From: an uncultured Pseudomonadales bacterium
GTDB taxonomy: Bacteria; Pseudomonadota; Gammaproteobacteria; Pseudomonadales; Litorivicinaceae
Assembly: GCA_964628665.1 (NCBI GenBank)
Contig: CAZVNX010000007.1
Location: 13,073-77,072, forward strand
Direction: 5' to 3'
Length of the DNA stretch: 64,000 bases
The notes beneath the pieces are model-generated. The model was not told where the DNA came from and did not search any database. It saw nothing but the letters and a program-made list of their open reading frames with translations. Position 1 is the stretch's first letter; each line of letters opens with the position of its first letter. Positions 19,567 to 29,332 of this stretch are shown piece by piece. Made by a program: the position numbers and the translations under genes.

Positions 19567-21495
19567 TTAGAACAACAACTGACGGATATCGCCGAGCACT
19601 TTCCCCAGAACGGTTGTAAAGCGTGCTCCGTCGCCTCCGTTGATCACCCGATGGTCATACGAGAGACATAACGGCAACATCAAGCGTGGCTGGAATGTCT
19701 GTCCATCCCACACAGGCTGCATAGACGCCTTCGAGACACCCAAGATCGCTGCCTGGGGCGCTGGAACAATCGGCGTAAAGGCCGTCCCACCAATCGATCC
19801 CAAAGAAGAAATCGTAAAGGTCGCACCTTGCATCTCTGCGGGCTTCAGTTTCTTGTTCTTCGCTTTGTCCGCTAACTCAGCGGCTTCGGCTGCAATGTCC
19901 CAGATACCCTTTTGATCCGCATCACGGATCACAGGCACCATCAAACCATCGGGCGTATCCACCGCTATGCCGATGTGCACATAGCCTTTCCGAATAATCT
20001 CCCAAGATTCTGGATCGATGGAGGCATTCACTTGCGGCAACGCATTGAGAGCATAGGCAGAGGCCTTGATCAAGAATGGCAGTGGCGTCAGCTTGACACC
20101 CTTCTTCTCAGCTTCAGCCTTCATCGATTTGCGGAAATCCTCAAGCTCGGTGATATCGGCCTGATCGAACTGCGTCACCGCAGGTACGTTGAGCAGACAG
20201 CGTGTCATGTTATCTGCAGTCAACTTGTGGATCTTGCTCATCGGAATACGCTCGATCGGACCGAACGCAGCAAAATCGGGGAGGGTAATCGCTGGGATAC
20301 CCGCACCAACAGTGCCTGCTGATCCTGCCGATTGTGCTTTTTGCAATTGCGACTTCACAAAACCATGCAGGTCGTCTTTTGTGATCCGGCCGCGTGGACC
20401 CGAACCGCCAATCAATGACAGATCGACCCCGAGCTCACGCGCCAGAGCGCGCACTGCAGGGCCAGCATGGACACTTCCGCCACTCGCTACGACGGCTGGT
20501 GGCGCTTGCACGGCAGCCGCAGGCGCTTTGACTGCTGCAGGTGTTGCAGCCGGAGCCACAGCGGCAGTTGATGCCACGGCCGCTGGCGCGGCAATAGCGC
20601 CACCCACCGATTCGACAGTACCAATCAAATCACCCTGAACAACAGATGTGCCTTCCTTCACCGCCAACGACACAACCTTCCCAGCAACTGGGGATGGAAT
20701 TTCCATCGACGCTTTATCGGACTCCAAGACAATCAAGGTATCGCCTTCCGCCACGGTGTCACCGACGGAAACCGCAATCTCGATCACGGTCACACCGTCT
20801 GCGTTCCCAGTGTCAGGTACAACCACAGATTCCACACCGCCAGCAGACGCCGCAGGTGCAGAGGGTGCGGCGACAGTCTCAGCAACTGGCGCAGATGCTT
20901 CTGCAGACACAGCCGCTGACGCCACACCGTGCGACTCCAAATCACAGATCGCATCGCCCTGGACCACCTGTTGGCCCTCTTTGACGAGCAGCGCTTTCAC
21001 AACGCCACTGGCCGGTGCGGGGATCTCCATTGAGGCTTTGTCGGACTCCAAGACGATCAAGGTATCCCCTTCGGCGACCGTATCACCGACGGAAACCGAG
21101 ACCTCAATCACAGTCACGCCGTCCGCATTGCCTGTATCTGGCACGTTGACGCGCTCTATGGCAGCACCACCCGCAGTGGCTGTCGCCACCGGTGCGGCGG
21201 CAGGCTCTGGTGCGACCGCCGTGGGCGCCTTCGGTGTCTCAGCGACGACCGCGGCTGGGCTAGACCCAGTTTCGAGCTCACAGATTGGATCACCCTCGTT
21301 GACCTCGGAGCCCTCTTTGACATGCAGAGTGCCTACCACGCCCGACGCATCCGCCGGGATTTCCATGGACGCCTTATCAGACTCAAGCACAATTAAGGTG
21401 TCGCCCTCAGAGACTGTGTCTCCGGGTGACACTGCCACCTCGATCACAGTGACATTTGAGGCATCGCCGATATCCGGTACACGAATCGTTGTCAT
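19567..21495 (-). CDS. aceF: Pyruvate dehydrogenase E2 (dihydrolipoyllysine acetyltransferase), three lipoyl domains
   Basis: Three DTLIVLESDKASMEIP lipoyl-attachment motifs, Ala/Pro linkers, an E3-binding domain (GPAVRALARELGVDL) and a catalytic DHRVINGG. Confidence 0.96.
   Translation of the reverse strand: MTTIRVPDIGDASNVTVIEVAVSPGDTVSEGDTLIVLESDKASMEIPADASGVVGTLHVKEGSEVNEGDPICELETGSSPAAVVAETPKAPTAVAPEPAAAPVATATAGGAAIERVNVPDTGNADGVTVIEVSVSVGDTVAEGDTLIVLESDKASMEIPAPASGVVKALLVKEGQQVVQGDAICDLESHGVASAAVSAEASAPVAETVAAPSAPAASAGGVESVVVPDTGNADGVTVIEIAVSVGDTVAEGDTLIVLESDKASMEIPSPVAGKVVSLAVKEGTSVVQGDLIGTVESVGGAIAAPAAVASTAAVAPAATPAAVKAPAAAVQAPPAVVASGGSVHAGPAVRALARELGVDLSLIGGSGPRGRITKDDLHGFVKSQLQKAQSAGSAGTVGAGIPAITLPDFAAFGPIERIPMSKIHKLTADNMTRCLLNVPAVTQFDQADITELEDFRKSMKAEAEKKGVKLTPLPFLIKASAYALNALPQVNASIDPESWEIIRKGYVHIGIAVDTPDGLMVPVIRDADQKGIWDIAAEAAELADKAKNKKLKPAEMQGATFTISSLGSIGGTAFTPIVPAPQAAILGVSKASMQPVWDGQTFQPRLMLPLCLSYDHRVINGGDGARFTTVLGKVLGDIRQLLF
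20611..21495 (-). repeat. Tandem triplicated lipoyl-domain coding repeat inside aceF
   Basis: Three units of about 75 codons, spaced about 108-112 codons apart, with long near-identical DNA runs (for example GGTATC(G/C)CCTTC(C/G)GC(C/G)AC(G/C)GT(G/A)TCACCGACGGAAACCG). Confidence 0.8.
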
Positions 21496-21507
21496 GTCAA
21501 AACCTCC

Positions 21508-24177
21508 TTACAATGCCACGGGATCAAGACGATCCGGATCAATGCCAAATTTCTGAATGGCGTCGGCCACGACCTTCGCTGTGACCTTGCCATCGCGTGC
21601 CAGCGCACTCAAGGCGGCAACTGTCACAAACCGACGATCCACCTCGAAATGCTCTCGCAACTTCTTACGCGAATCCGAGCGGCCAAAACCATCGGTTCCC
21701 AAGGTGACATAGGTGGTCTTCCCAAGGAATGGACGAATCTGCTCGGAATAGAGTTGCATGTGATCCGTCGCTGCAACCACAGGCGCATCCGATCCACCAA
21801 GCAATGCTTCCACGTGACTCACACGTGGCGTTTTCGTGGTTGGATGCAACATGTTGTAGCGCGCACATGATTGTCCATCACGACGCAATTCGTTGAAGCT
21901 CGTTGCGCTATAAACTGACGCATCCACACCGAACTCTGCCAAGAGTTCAACGGCCGCTTCGACTTCCCGCAAGATGGTGCCCGAGCCCAGTAACCGGACG
22001 CTGTGTTTGCCCTTGCCAGAAGCAGGCTTTAGACAATACATGCCCTTGATGATCTCAGACTCGACACCTGCCGGCATATCCGGATGGCTGTAATTCTCGT
22101 TCATCAACGTGATGTAATAGAACACATTCTGGTTCTCGTCATACATCTGCTTCAAACCGTGCTGAACAATGACGGCGACCTCATAGCTATAGGTCGGATC
22201 ATAGGAACGCTGATTCGGAACCGTCCCGGCGATCAAGTGACTATGACCGTCCTGGTGCTGGAGTCCTTCACCGTTCAAAGTCGTCCGACCGGAGGTGGCT
22301 CCGAGCAAGAAGCCCTTCGCTTGGATATCTCCGGCAGCCCACACCAAATCACCGACACGCTGATGACCAAACATCGAGTAGTAGATGTAAAACGGAATCA
22401 GTGGTTGGTTGTGGTTGGCATACGAGGTCGCACACGCCATCCATGCAGAAAATGCACCGGACTCGTTAATGCCCTCTTCGAGGATCTGCCCGGCTTTATC
22501 TTCGTGATACGACAACACCTGATCCACGTCGTGCGGAATGTATTTCTGTCCCTCAGTGGTGTAGATACCCAACTGCTTGAACATGCCTTCCATCCCGAAG
22601 GTGCGCGCTTCATCTGGGACGATTGGAACTACACGATGGCCGATTGATTTGTCTTTCACCAAGGTCGACAACAGCCGCACAAAGGCCATCGTTGTCGAAA
22701 TTTGCCGATCACCCGTGCCTTTGGTTTGTTGCTTAAACGCGTCCAGTGACGGGCACCCGAGGGGTTCCGACCACACGCGACGGGTCGGCAAGAAACCACC
22801 CAGTGATTCACGTCGCTCACGCATGTATTTGATTTCTGGGCTGTCGGGGCCTGGATGATAGTAAGGCAGCTCTTCAATCGCTTCGTCAGCAATGGGAATA
22901 CCAAACCGATCGCGAAACTTCTTCAGGTTTTCCACATCCAGCTTTTTCACCTGATGCGACGGGTTGGCTGATTCACCCGACGAACCCATGCCATAACCCT
23001 TCACTGTCTGAGCCAAGATCACAGTCGGCTGACCCGTGTGATTGACCGCCGCATGGTAGGCCGCGTAGACCTTCAAAGGATCATGGCCACCGCGATTCAG
23101 TTTACCGATGTCCTCGTCCGTCATATCCGCAACCATTTGCTTCAATTCCGGATATTGGCCGAAGAAATGTTCTCGCGTATAAGAGCCACCTTTGGCTTTA
23201 CAGTTTTGCAACTCGCCATCAACCACTTCGTCCATGACTTTTTGCATCAAACCATCGCGGTCGCGAGCAAACAGTGGATCCCAATGACGGCCCCACAGGA
23301 CCTTGATGACGTTCCAGCCAGCACCGCGGAAGACGCCTTCCAACTCTTGTACGATCTTGCCGTTACCGCGCACCGGACCATCGAGCCGTTGTAGGTTACA
23401 GTTAATTACGAACACCAAATTGTCGAGGCGTTCGCGACCGGCCAAGCTGATTGCGCCTAATGATTCCGGCTCATCCATTTCACCGTCACCCAGAAACGCC
23501 CAGACTTTTCTGTTTGGCTGGTCCGACAATCCGCGGTTCACCAAGTACTTCATCACATGCGCTTGGTAGATCGATTGAATCGGACCGAGTCCCATCGAAA
23601 CCGTCGGGAACTGCCAGTAGTCGGGCATCAGCCACGGATGTGGGTATGAAGACAAGCCCTCGCCATCGACTTCGCGGCGGAAGTTATCGAGCTGTTTCTC
23701 ACTGAATCGGCCTTCGAGGAACGACCGCGCATAAATACCCGGACTCGCATGTCCTTGGATGTACAGAAGATCCTGTCCCTCAGGATGATCTGGCCCTTTC
23801 CAGAAGTAGTTAAAGCCGACTTCATATAACGTCGCGGCAGACTGATAGGTGGCAATATGTCCACCAAGATCATCGCCGGATTTGTTCGCGCGCATCACCA
23901 TCGCAAGCGCGTTCCAACGAATCAAACTCCGAATGCGACGCTCCATGAACAAATCGCCCGGCATCCGTGATTCAGACTGCAACGGGATGGTATTCCGGTA
24001 CGGTGTGGTCATGGCAACCGGAAGGCGAGCCCCTTCCTGGCTGGCGCGTGCAACCAGTCGATTGAGAAGAAACGCGGCGCGTTCTGCACCCTCTTGCTTT
24101 AAGACGGATTCATAGGCCTCGAGCCATTCTTGGGTTTCGGTCGGATCCTGATCGACCGTAATTGGCGTATTCGCCAT
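21508..24177 (-). CDS. aceE: Pyruvate dehydrogenase E1 component
   Basis: About 889 aa homodimeric-type E1 (MANTPITVDQDPTETQEWLEA...). ATG at 24177 with GAGGTG upstream. The tracked ORF is 15 codons longer and would run into pdhR. Confidence 0.95.
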   Translation of the reverse strand: MANTPITVDQDPTETQEWLEAYESVLKQEGAERAAFLLNRLVARASQEGARLPVAMTTPYRNTIPLQSESRMPGDLFMERRIRSLIRWNALAMVMRANKSGDDLGGHIATYQSAATLYEVGFNYFWKGPDHPEGQDLLYIQGHASPGIYARSFLEGRFSEKQLDNFRREVDGEGLSSYPHPWLMPDYWQFPTVSMGLGPIQSIYQAHVMKYLVNRGLSDQPNRKVWAFLGDGEMDEPESLGAISLAGRERLDNLVFVINCNLQRLDGPVRGNGKIVQELEGVFRGAGWNVIKVLWGRHWDPLFARDRDGLMQKVMDEVVDGELQNCKAKGGSYTREHFFGQYPELKQMVADMTDEDIGKLNRGGHDPLKVYAAYHAAVNHTGQPTVILAQTVKGYGMGSSGESANPSHQVKKLDVENLKKFRDRFGIPIADEAIEELPYYHPGPDSPEIKYMRERRESLGGFLPTRRVWSEPLGCPSLDAFKQQTKGTGDRQISTTMAFVRLLSTLVKDKSIGHRVVPIVPDEARTFGMEGMFKQLGIYTTEGQKYIPHDVDQVLSYHEDKAGQILEEGINESGAFSAWMACATSYANHNQPLIPFYIYYSMFGHQRVGDLVWAAGDIQAKGFLLGATSGRTTLNGEGLQHQDGHSHLIAGTVPNQRSYDPTYSYEVAVIVQHGLKQMYDENQNVFYYITLMNENYSHPDMPAGVESEIIKGMYCLKPASGKGKHSVRLLGSGTILREVEAAVELLAEFGVDASVYSATSFNELRRDGQSCARYNMLHPTTKTPRVSHVEALLGGSDAPVVAATDHMQLYSEQIRPFLGKTTYVTLGTDGFGRSDSRKKLREHFEVDRRFVTVAALSALARDGKVTAKVVADAIQKFGIDPDRLDPVAL

Positions 24178-24181
24178 GGGT

Positions 24182-24991
24182 TCACCTCGTTGGGTTGGTT
24201 GGTGACATACGCCGGTCGACATCGATCGATTGTGTCAACTCTTTCAACCGGCGCGGTTTCGTATCTGCCAGGCGATCACGATCCAGTGACTCACTGACGG
24301 TTAACATGTGTTGCCGCACTGCTCTCCTAGCTGCTGCGGGATCGCGATCGAGTACAATCGCGCGATACATGGCATCGTGTTGGAGTGCCAGATCCTGTTT
24401 TTTTGGCCGATCGAGATTCAATTCCGCCAAATTCTTGACGATCGATTCTTCGAGCAATACGAAGATTGATCGCATAATGTGCAAAATGATGCCGTTTTGT
24501 GACGCTTCAGCAATGGCCAAATGAAACTCAGCATCCGCCTTGGCTTCCCGATGCAAATCGTGCGACCGGACAGCCGCTTGCAGCTCGTGATACCTGCGCT
24601 GCACATTCCCACGTGCACGCTCAGTGGCACGATCTGCTGCCAACCATGCTGCGACGCTCTCAAGCGCAAACCGCAGCTCTAAAATGTCAAAGGTGCCATC
24701 GGGTGAGCGCTGAATCATCGCCATCATTGGGTCGATAAAGGTCGAGCCCACATGCTCCGCTACAAAGGTGCCTCCACCGTGTTTGCGTTGCACCAAGCCT
24801 CGCGCTTCAAGCTTCTGAATCGCTTCGCGAACCGTTGGACGCGACACATCGAATTCTTCAGCGAGACTGCGCTCGGAGGGCAGTTTCTGGCTTGGGCGAA
24901 CCTTGCCTTCCAGAATCAGCCGCTCAATCTGATCCATGATCACATCAGCTGCGCGCGTGACACGCGGTGCCGACAGATAACCCGACATCAT
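24182..24991 (-). CDS. pdhR: GntR/FadR-family regulator, PdhR-like (LldR-like is also possible)
   Basis: N-terminal wHTH KLPSERSLAEEFDVSRPTVREAIQKLEARGLV...GGGTFV closely parallels E. coli PdhR as recalled. FCD-type C-terminal domain. The stop lies 2 nt before the aceE start codon. Confidence 0.8.
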   Translation of the reverse strand: MMSGYLSAPRVTRAADVIMDQIERLILEGKVRPSQKLPSERSLAEEFDVSRPTVREAIQKLEARGLVQRKHGGGTFVAEHVGSTFIDPMMAMIQRSPDGTFDILELRFALESVAAWLAADRATERARGNVQRRYHELQAAVRSHDLHREAKADAEFHLAIAEASQNGIILHIMRSIFVLLEESIVKNLAELNLDRPKKQDLALQHDAMYRAIVLDRDPAAARRAVRQHMLTVSESLDRDRLADTKPRRLKELTQSIDVDRRMSPTNPTR

Positions 24992-25009
24992 GCCTCCGTT
25001 ATTCGCAAG

Positions 25010-25051
25010 TGGTCAGACCAATAAGGTAACTGGTCAGACCAAACCTGACAA
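25010..25051 (-). promoter_or_regulatory. pdhR promoter with two GntR-type operators
   Basis: TGGTCAGACCA occurs at 25010-25020 and at 25031-25041, with centres 21 bp apart. On the minus strand: -35 TTGTCA (25051-25046), 17-nt spacer containing operator 2, -10 TACCTT (25028-25023), and operator 1 just downstream. Confidence 0.55.
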
Positions 25052-25054
25052 GCC

Positions 25055-26011
25055 CTACACTAGGCGGTCAAGTGGCTCTCGCCCTGCAAAAAACGCATCC
25101 AGATTATCCAATGCACGATCACCCATCGCCTTTCGGGTCTCGCGCGTCGATGAACCCAAATGGGGCAACATGAACACGTTCTCTAAGGCTGCGAACGCTG
25201 GATTCCCGCCAGGCTCAGTCTGGAACACATCCAAACCTGCCGCAGCGATCTTGCCAGAGCGAAGCGCGTCGATCAGCGCTGACTCATCCACTAACTTACC
25301 GCGCGCGGTATTCACAAACACGGCACCATCGCGCATCCAACCAATGGACGTCGCGTTAATCATGCCTTCACTTTCAGGTGTTGATGGACAATTAAGCGAA
25401 ATCATATCAACGGCGTTAAACAGACTCTCCACGCTTTCATGATAGATCGCCCCCTGCTCAAGCGCTGCAGGCAAACGAGAACGATTGCTGTAATGGATTT
25501 CCATGTCAAACCCACGTGCTCGCTTCGCCACCACCTGACCGACGCGCCCCATACCGACAATACCCAATTTTTTGCCTGTCACCTGAATGCCGTTCATCTG
25601 AACAGGCGCCCAGTGATTCCAGGTCCCCTGACGTAACATTTGGTCACCCTCGTAGGCGCGACGCGAGGCACCGAGTAATAGTAGAAGGGCAATCTCGGCT
25701 GTGGCATCGGAGAGCACGTCGGGAGTATTTGTCACCACAATGCCACGCGCCTTTAAAGCGTCCAGATCACAGTGATCCACACCCACCGAATAGTTGGCGA
25801 CAATCTTCAGGCGGTCGGAGAATTCTGCAACCACGTCAGCAGACAAAATTTCGGAATGACAAATCATCAAGGCATCGGAGTCTTGGCTCCGTGTGATGAG
25901 TTCATCAGCAGACAAGATGTGATCATCTTCATTGACCCACAGATCATAGCTCGCACGCGCTCGTTCCAATACTGGCGCCACCAATTGGCGGGTAATCGAG
26001 ACTCGTGGCAT
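25055..26011 (-). CDS. D-isomer-specific 2-hydroxyacid dehydrogenase (glyoxylate/hydroxypyruvate reductase-like)
   Basis: 318 aa. NAD-binding GIVGMGRVGQVVAKRA, and catalytic region NTARG...PHLGSST. Confidence 0.85.
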   Translation of the reverse strand: MPRVSITRQLVAPVLERARASYDLWVNEDDHILSADELITRSQDSDALMICHSEILSADVVAEFSDRLKIVANYSVGVDHCDLDALKARGIVVTNTPDVLSDATAEIALLLLLGASRRAYEGDQMLRQGTWNHWAPVQMNGIQVTGKKLGIVGMGRVGQVVAKRARGFDMEIHYSNRSRLPAALEQGAIYHESVESLFNAVDMISLNCPSTPESEGMINATSIGWMRDGAVFVNTARGKLVDESALIDALRSGKIAAAGLDVFQTEPGGNPAFAALENVFMLPHLGSSTRETRKAMGDRALDNLDAFFAGREPLDRLV

Positions 26012-26156
26012 ACGCTATTTCTCCTTGTTTTTAATTTTTCTGGATCGTTCAGCAGGAGACCAACACACCATACCCTGTAAATTTTTTCCACAAAAACTTG
26101 CAACAAGCGCCTCGAAACTTCACTATTTGCGGGCCCAAGGATGGAAAAAAAGCGGC

Positions 26157-26173
26157 ATGTGGTCTGACCACAT
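26157..26173. promoter_or_regulatory. GntR-type operator in the divergent dehydrogenase/TRAP promoter region
   Basis: Perfect 8-1-8 palindrome ATGTGGTC-T-GACCACAT with the core TGGTCTGACCA, 44 nt upstream of the TRAP binding-protein ATG. Confidence 0.5.
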
Positions 26174-26216
26174 GAAAGGATTCCCGCAAAAGAAAATTGA
26201 TAAAAAAGGTACTCCA

Positions 26217-27323
26217 ATGAGCAAACAACTTGATCGCCGTTCCTTTCTCAAAGGCGCAACGGCAGCAGCGGCAGCTTCAAGCCTCGGATTTCCCGCTTTA
26301 GTCAATGCGGCTGGCCACGGTCCAACCACATTAAAAGTACAGGCGGCATGGGGCGGCGGCATTTTCCTTGAAAACGCACAGTCATACGTCGATCGCGTGC
26401 ATGCGATGGCTGGTAAGGATCTGAAAATCGATCTACTCCCAGTTGACGCAGTCGTGAAGACTTCGCAGATGCAAGACGCGGTTCACCGTGGCGTCATCGA
26501 CGGATGTCACTACGTTCCAGCTTACTGGTACTCAAAGTCAAAGACAGCATCTCTGTTCGGAACTGGACCTTGCTTCGGTTGGTCATCTCAGGAAGTACTG
26601 GGTTGGTGTTACTACGGTGGCGGCATGGAGCTCTTCAACGAGTTGATGCAGAGCCTCGGACTGAACATCGTTTCTTTCTTCAACAGCCCAATGCCTGCAC
26701 AGCCACTGGGATGGTTTAAAGAAGAAATTAAAGATGCATCACAAATGAACGGCCTGAAGTACCGGACCGTTGGTCTGGCTGCAGACGTTCTGTTGGAAAT
26801 GGGTATGTCAGTTGTACAGCTTCCAGGTGGCGAAATTCAGCCAGCGATGAAGTCTGGTTTGATTGACGCGGCTGAATTCAACAACCCAACGTCTGACAAA
26901 GACTTCGGTATGCAGGATGTCTCAAAGCATTACCACTTGGGTTCATTCCACCAGTCTCAGGAATTCTTCGAAGTGTGCTTCAACAAGAAGAAGTACGACG
27001 CACTGCCAGCTGAGCTGCAAGCGATTCTGAAGTATGCCTCTGAAGCTGAGAACTCAAACTTCTACTGGCACAACACAAACCGTTATGCAGATGACTTGAT
27101 CAGCCTGCAAAAGAATAGCGGTGTCAACGTGTACCGGACCCCAGACTCAGTCATGGCTGAGCAGCTGAAGGCATGGGACGTCGTTGTTGAGCGCATTTCA
27201 GGAGAAGACCCCTTCTTCAAGAAAGTCATCGACTCTCAGCGTGCATACGCAGAGAAAGTCATGGGTTACCTGAACCTGAACCAGCCTGACTACCGTCTGG
27301 CATACAACCACTACTTCGGCTAA
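26217..27323 (+). CDS. TRAP transporter substrate-binding protein (DctP family) with Tat signal
   Basis: MSKQLDRRSFLKGATAAAAASSLGFPALVNA twin-arginine leader. ATG at 26217. About 368 aa, followed by dctQ- and dctM-like genes. Confidence 0.9.
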   Translation: MSKQLDRRSFLKGATAAAAASSLGFPALVNAAGHGPTTLKVQAAWGGGIFLENAQSYVDRVHAMAGKDLKIDLLPVDAVVKTSQMQDAVHRGVIDGCHYVPAYWYSKSKTASLFGTGPCFGWSSQEVLGWCYYGGGMELFNELMQSLGLNIVSFFNSPMPAQPLGWFKEEIKDASQMNGLKYRTVGLAADVLLEMGMSVVQLPGGEIQPAMKSGLIDAAEFNNPTSDKDFGMQDVSKHYHLGSFHQSQEFFEVCFNKKKYDALPAELQAILKYASEAENSNFYWHNTNRYADDLISLQKNSGVNVYRTPDSVMAEQLKAWDVVVERISGEDPFFKKVIDSQRAYAEKVMGYLNLNQPDYRLAYNHYFG

Positions 27324-27345
27324 TTACCCCAGCCGTTTAGAGTCA

Positions 27346-27372
27346 CTCAGAGCCCCCGCAAGGGGCTCTGAG
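27346..27372 (+). other. Intercistronic stem-loop between the TRAP binding-protein and permease genes
   Basis: Perfect 11-bp stem CTCAGAGCCCC-CGCAA-GGGGCTCTGAG with no T-run after it. Likely an mRNA-stabilising or partial-termination element. Confidence 0.6.
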
Positions 27373-27389
27373 ATTCGAGGAGAAATTTC

Positions 27390-27974
27390 GTGGATCGCTT
27401 TGTCTATTCAATAGAGGGACTCAGTGTATGGGTTGGTCGTGCCTTTGGTTGGTGCATCCTGATCCTCACACTGTCTGTGTCATATGAGGTTTTCGTTCGC
27501 TACGTGCTGAACTCGCCCACTGTTTGGGCTATGGACGTTATGATTCAGATGTACGGCGCATTGTTCTTAATGGCAGGGCCTTACGCACTTGCCCAGGACA
27601 CACACGTTCGCGGTGACTTTATTTACCGATTATTGCCGGTGAAAACCCAAGCCAGTATTGACCTGACGCTCTACGTGTTGTTTTTCTTCCCAGGCATGCT
27701 TGCCTTGTTTTGGTTCGGCGCAGAGATTGCCTCTGACAGCTGGCGGTATAAAGAAGTGAGCTGGAATAGTCCTGCACGTATTCAGATTTATTTCTTCAAA
27801 ACACTGATCCCAATCGCGGGATTTTTACTGATTTTACAAGGCCTCGCAGAGATCGTGCGTTGTGTTCGCGCGATTCGCGAAGGTCAATGGATGGCGCGCC
27901 TAAATGACGTCAAAGAAACCGAACAACTGTTGATGGAGCAATCAGCCAACGCTTCCGAGGAGCAAAAAGCATGA
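27390..27974 (+). CDS. TRAP transporter small permease (DctQ-like)
   Basis: 194 aa, 4 TM helices. GTG start with GAGGAG 8 nt upstream. Confidence 0.85.
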   Translation: MDRFVYSIEGLSVWVGRAFGWCILILTLSVSYEVFVRYVLNSPTVWAMDVMIQMYGALFLMAGPYALAQDTHVRGDFIYRLLPVKTQASIDLTLYVLFFFPGMLALFWFGAEIASDSWRYKEVSWNSPARIQIYFFKTLIPIAGFLLILQGLAEIVRCVRAIREGQWMARLNDVKETEQLLMEQSANASEEQKA

Positions 27975-29332
27975 GTAACCCCGAAGTCGCCATTTTGATG
28001 CTGTGTTTGTTCATCGTGCTGGTGTTGCTCGGCTTTCCGATCGCATTCACCCTGATCGCGATGGGCGTTGGATTCGGCTATTACGCCTACTACAGCGGTG
28101 GAACCACGCTCGAAGACATTTTCAGCAACCAAATTTTCTATCTGTTAAACCAAAACACGTATTCAGTGATGGAGAACGACATCTTAGTCGCCATTCCGTT
28201 GTTTTTGTTCATGGGCTATGTGGTTGAACGCGCCGATATTGTGGGTCGCTTATTCCGCTCATTACAGATGGCCGCGCACAATTTGCCAGGGTCAATGGCC
28301 ATTGCAGCGCTCATCACATGTACGGTGTTCTCAACAGCCTCAGGCATTGTCGGTGCCGTTGTCACCTTAATGGGTTTGCTTGCATTCCCTGCGATGGCGA
28401 AGGCGCACTACGACAAAAAGTTTGCGTCTGGGGTGATTTGTGCGGGTGGCACACTCGGGATTTTGATTCCCCCTTCGATCATGCTGATCGTCTACGCCGC
28501 GATTGCGCAATTATCACCACTGCGTCTCTACGCTGCAGCGATGTTCCCCGGTCTTTTGTTGGCTGGCTTGTACATCGTATACGTAATCATCCGTGTGAAG
28601 ATAAATCCTGAAATCGCGCCGAAACCAGCGAAAGAAGACATCCCACCAACCATTGAGATCTATAAAGACCTCGCGGTCTCCTTCGTTCCGCTGACGGTTT
28701 TGATCACCGTAGTATTGGGATCGATTCTCGGTGGACTCGCAACGCCCGCTGAAGCGGCGGCGATGGGCGCGCTGGGTAGTTTGATTCTTGCGGCGCTGTA
28801 TCGAGCACTGACATGGCAGAAGATTCAGGAGAGTGTGTTCCTGTGTGCCAAGGCGACCGCGATGGTGTGCTGGCTCTTCGTCGGCTCCTGGACCTTTGCG
28901 TCAATTTTTTCCTACCTCGGCGGACACGACGTAATCGAGCACTGGGTCCTCGGCATGGATTTGGCTCCATGGCAGTTCCTTGTCATGGTACAGACCATCA
29001 TTTTCGTACTTGGCTGGCCTCTCGAATGGTCGGAGATTCTGATCATCTTCGTACCGATCTTTTTGCCGATGCTCGATAACTTTGGCGTGAATCCATACTT
29101 CTTTGCGATGCTGGTCGCCCTGAATTTACAGACGTCCTTCTTGACTCCGCCCATGGCGATGTCTGCTTACTACCTGAAAGGGGTTCTGAAAGACCAGATT
29201 GAGCTGATGGACATCTTCAGGGGATTGATGCCATACCTTGGAATCGTCTTGCTCTGCATGGTGTTGTTGTATCAATTCCCAGGGATCGCGTTGTGGCTGC
29301 CTGACTATCTGTTCGGAGCCTATGTGCCCTAA
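27971..29332 (+). CDS. TRAP transporter large permease (DctM-like)
   Basis: 453 aa, polytopic. ATGA overlap with dctQ. Confidence 0.9.
   Translation: MSNPEVAILMLCLFIVLVLLGFPIAFTLIAMGVGFGYYAYYSGGTTLEDIFSNQIFYLLNQNTYSVMENDILVAIPLFLFMGYVVERADIVGRLFRSLQMAAHNLPGSMAIAALITCTVFSTASGIVGAVVTLMGLLAFPAMAKAHYDKKFASGVICAGGTLGILIPPSIMLIVYAAIAQLSPLRLYAAAMFPGLLLAGLYIVYVIIRVKINPEIAPKPAKEDIPPTIEIYKDLAVSFVPLTVLITVVLGSILGGLATPAEAAAMGALGSLILAALYRALTWQKIQESVFLCAKATAMVCWLFVGSWTFASIFSYLGGHDVIEHWVLGMDLAPWQFLVMVQTIIFVLGWPLEWSEILIIFVPIFLPMLDNFGVNPYFFAMLVALNLQTSFLTPPMAMSAYYLKGVLKDQIELMDIFRGLMPYLGIVLLCMVLLYQFPGIALWLPDYLFGAYVP

Noticed and set aside
20648-21556. 302-aa plus-strand ORF, rich in S/T/A/P, antisense to aceF.
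   Set aside because: It mirrors the triplicated lipoyl domains and Ala/Pro linkers of aceF, whose own frame has unmistakable E2 motifs. It has no SD or independent signal. This is a typical antisense artefact of GC-rich, repeat-containing genes.
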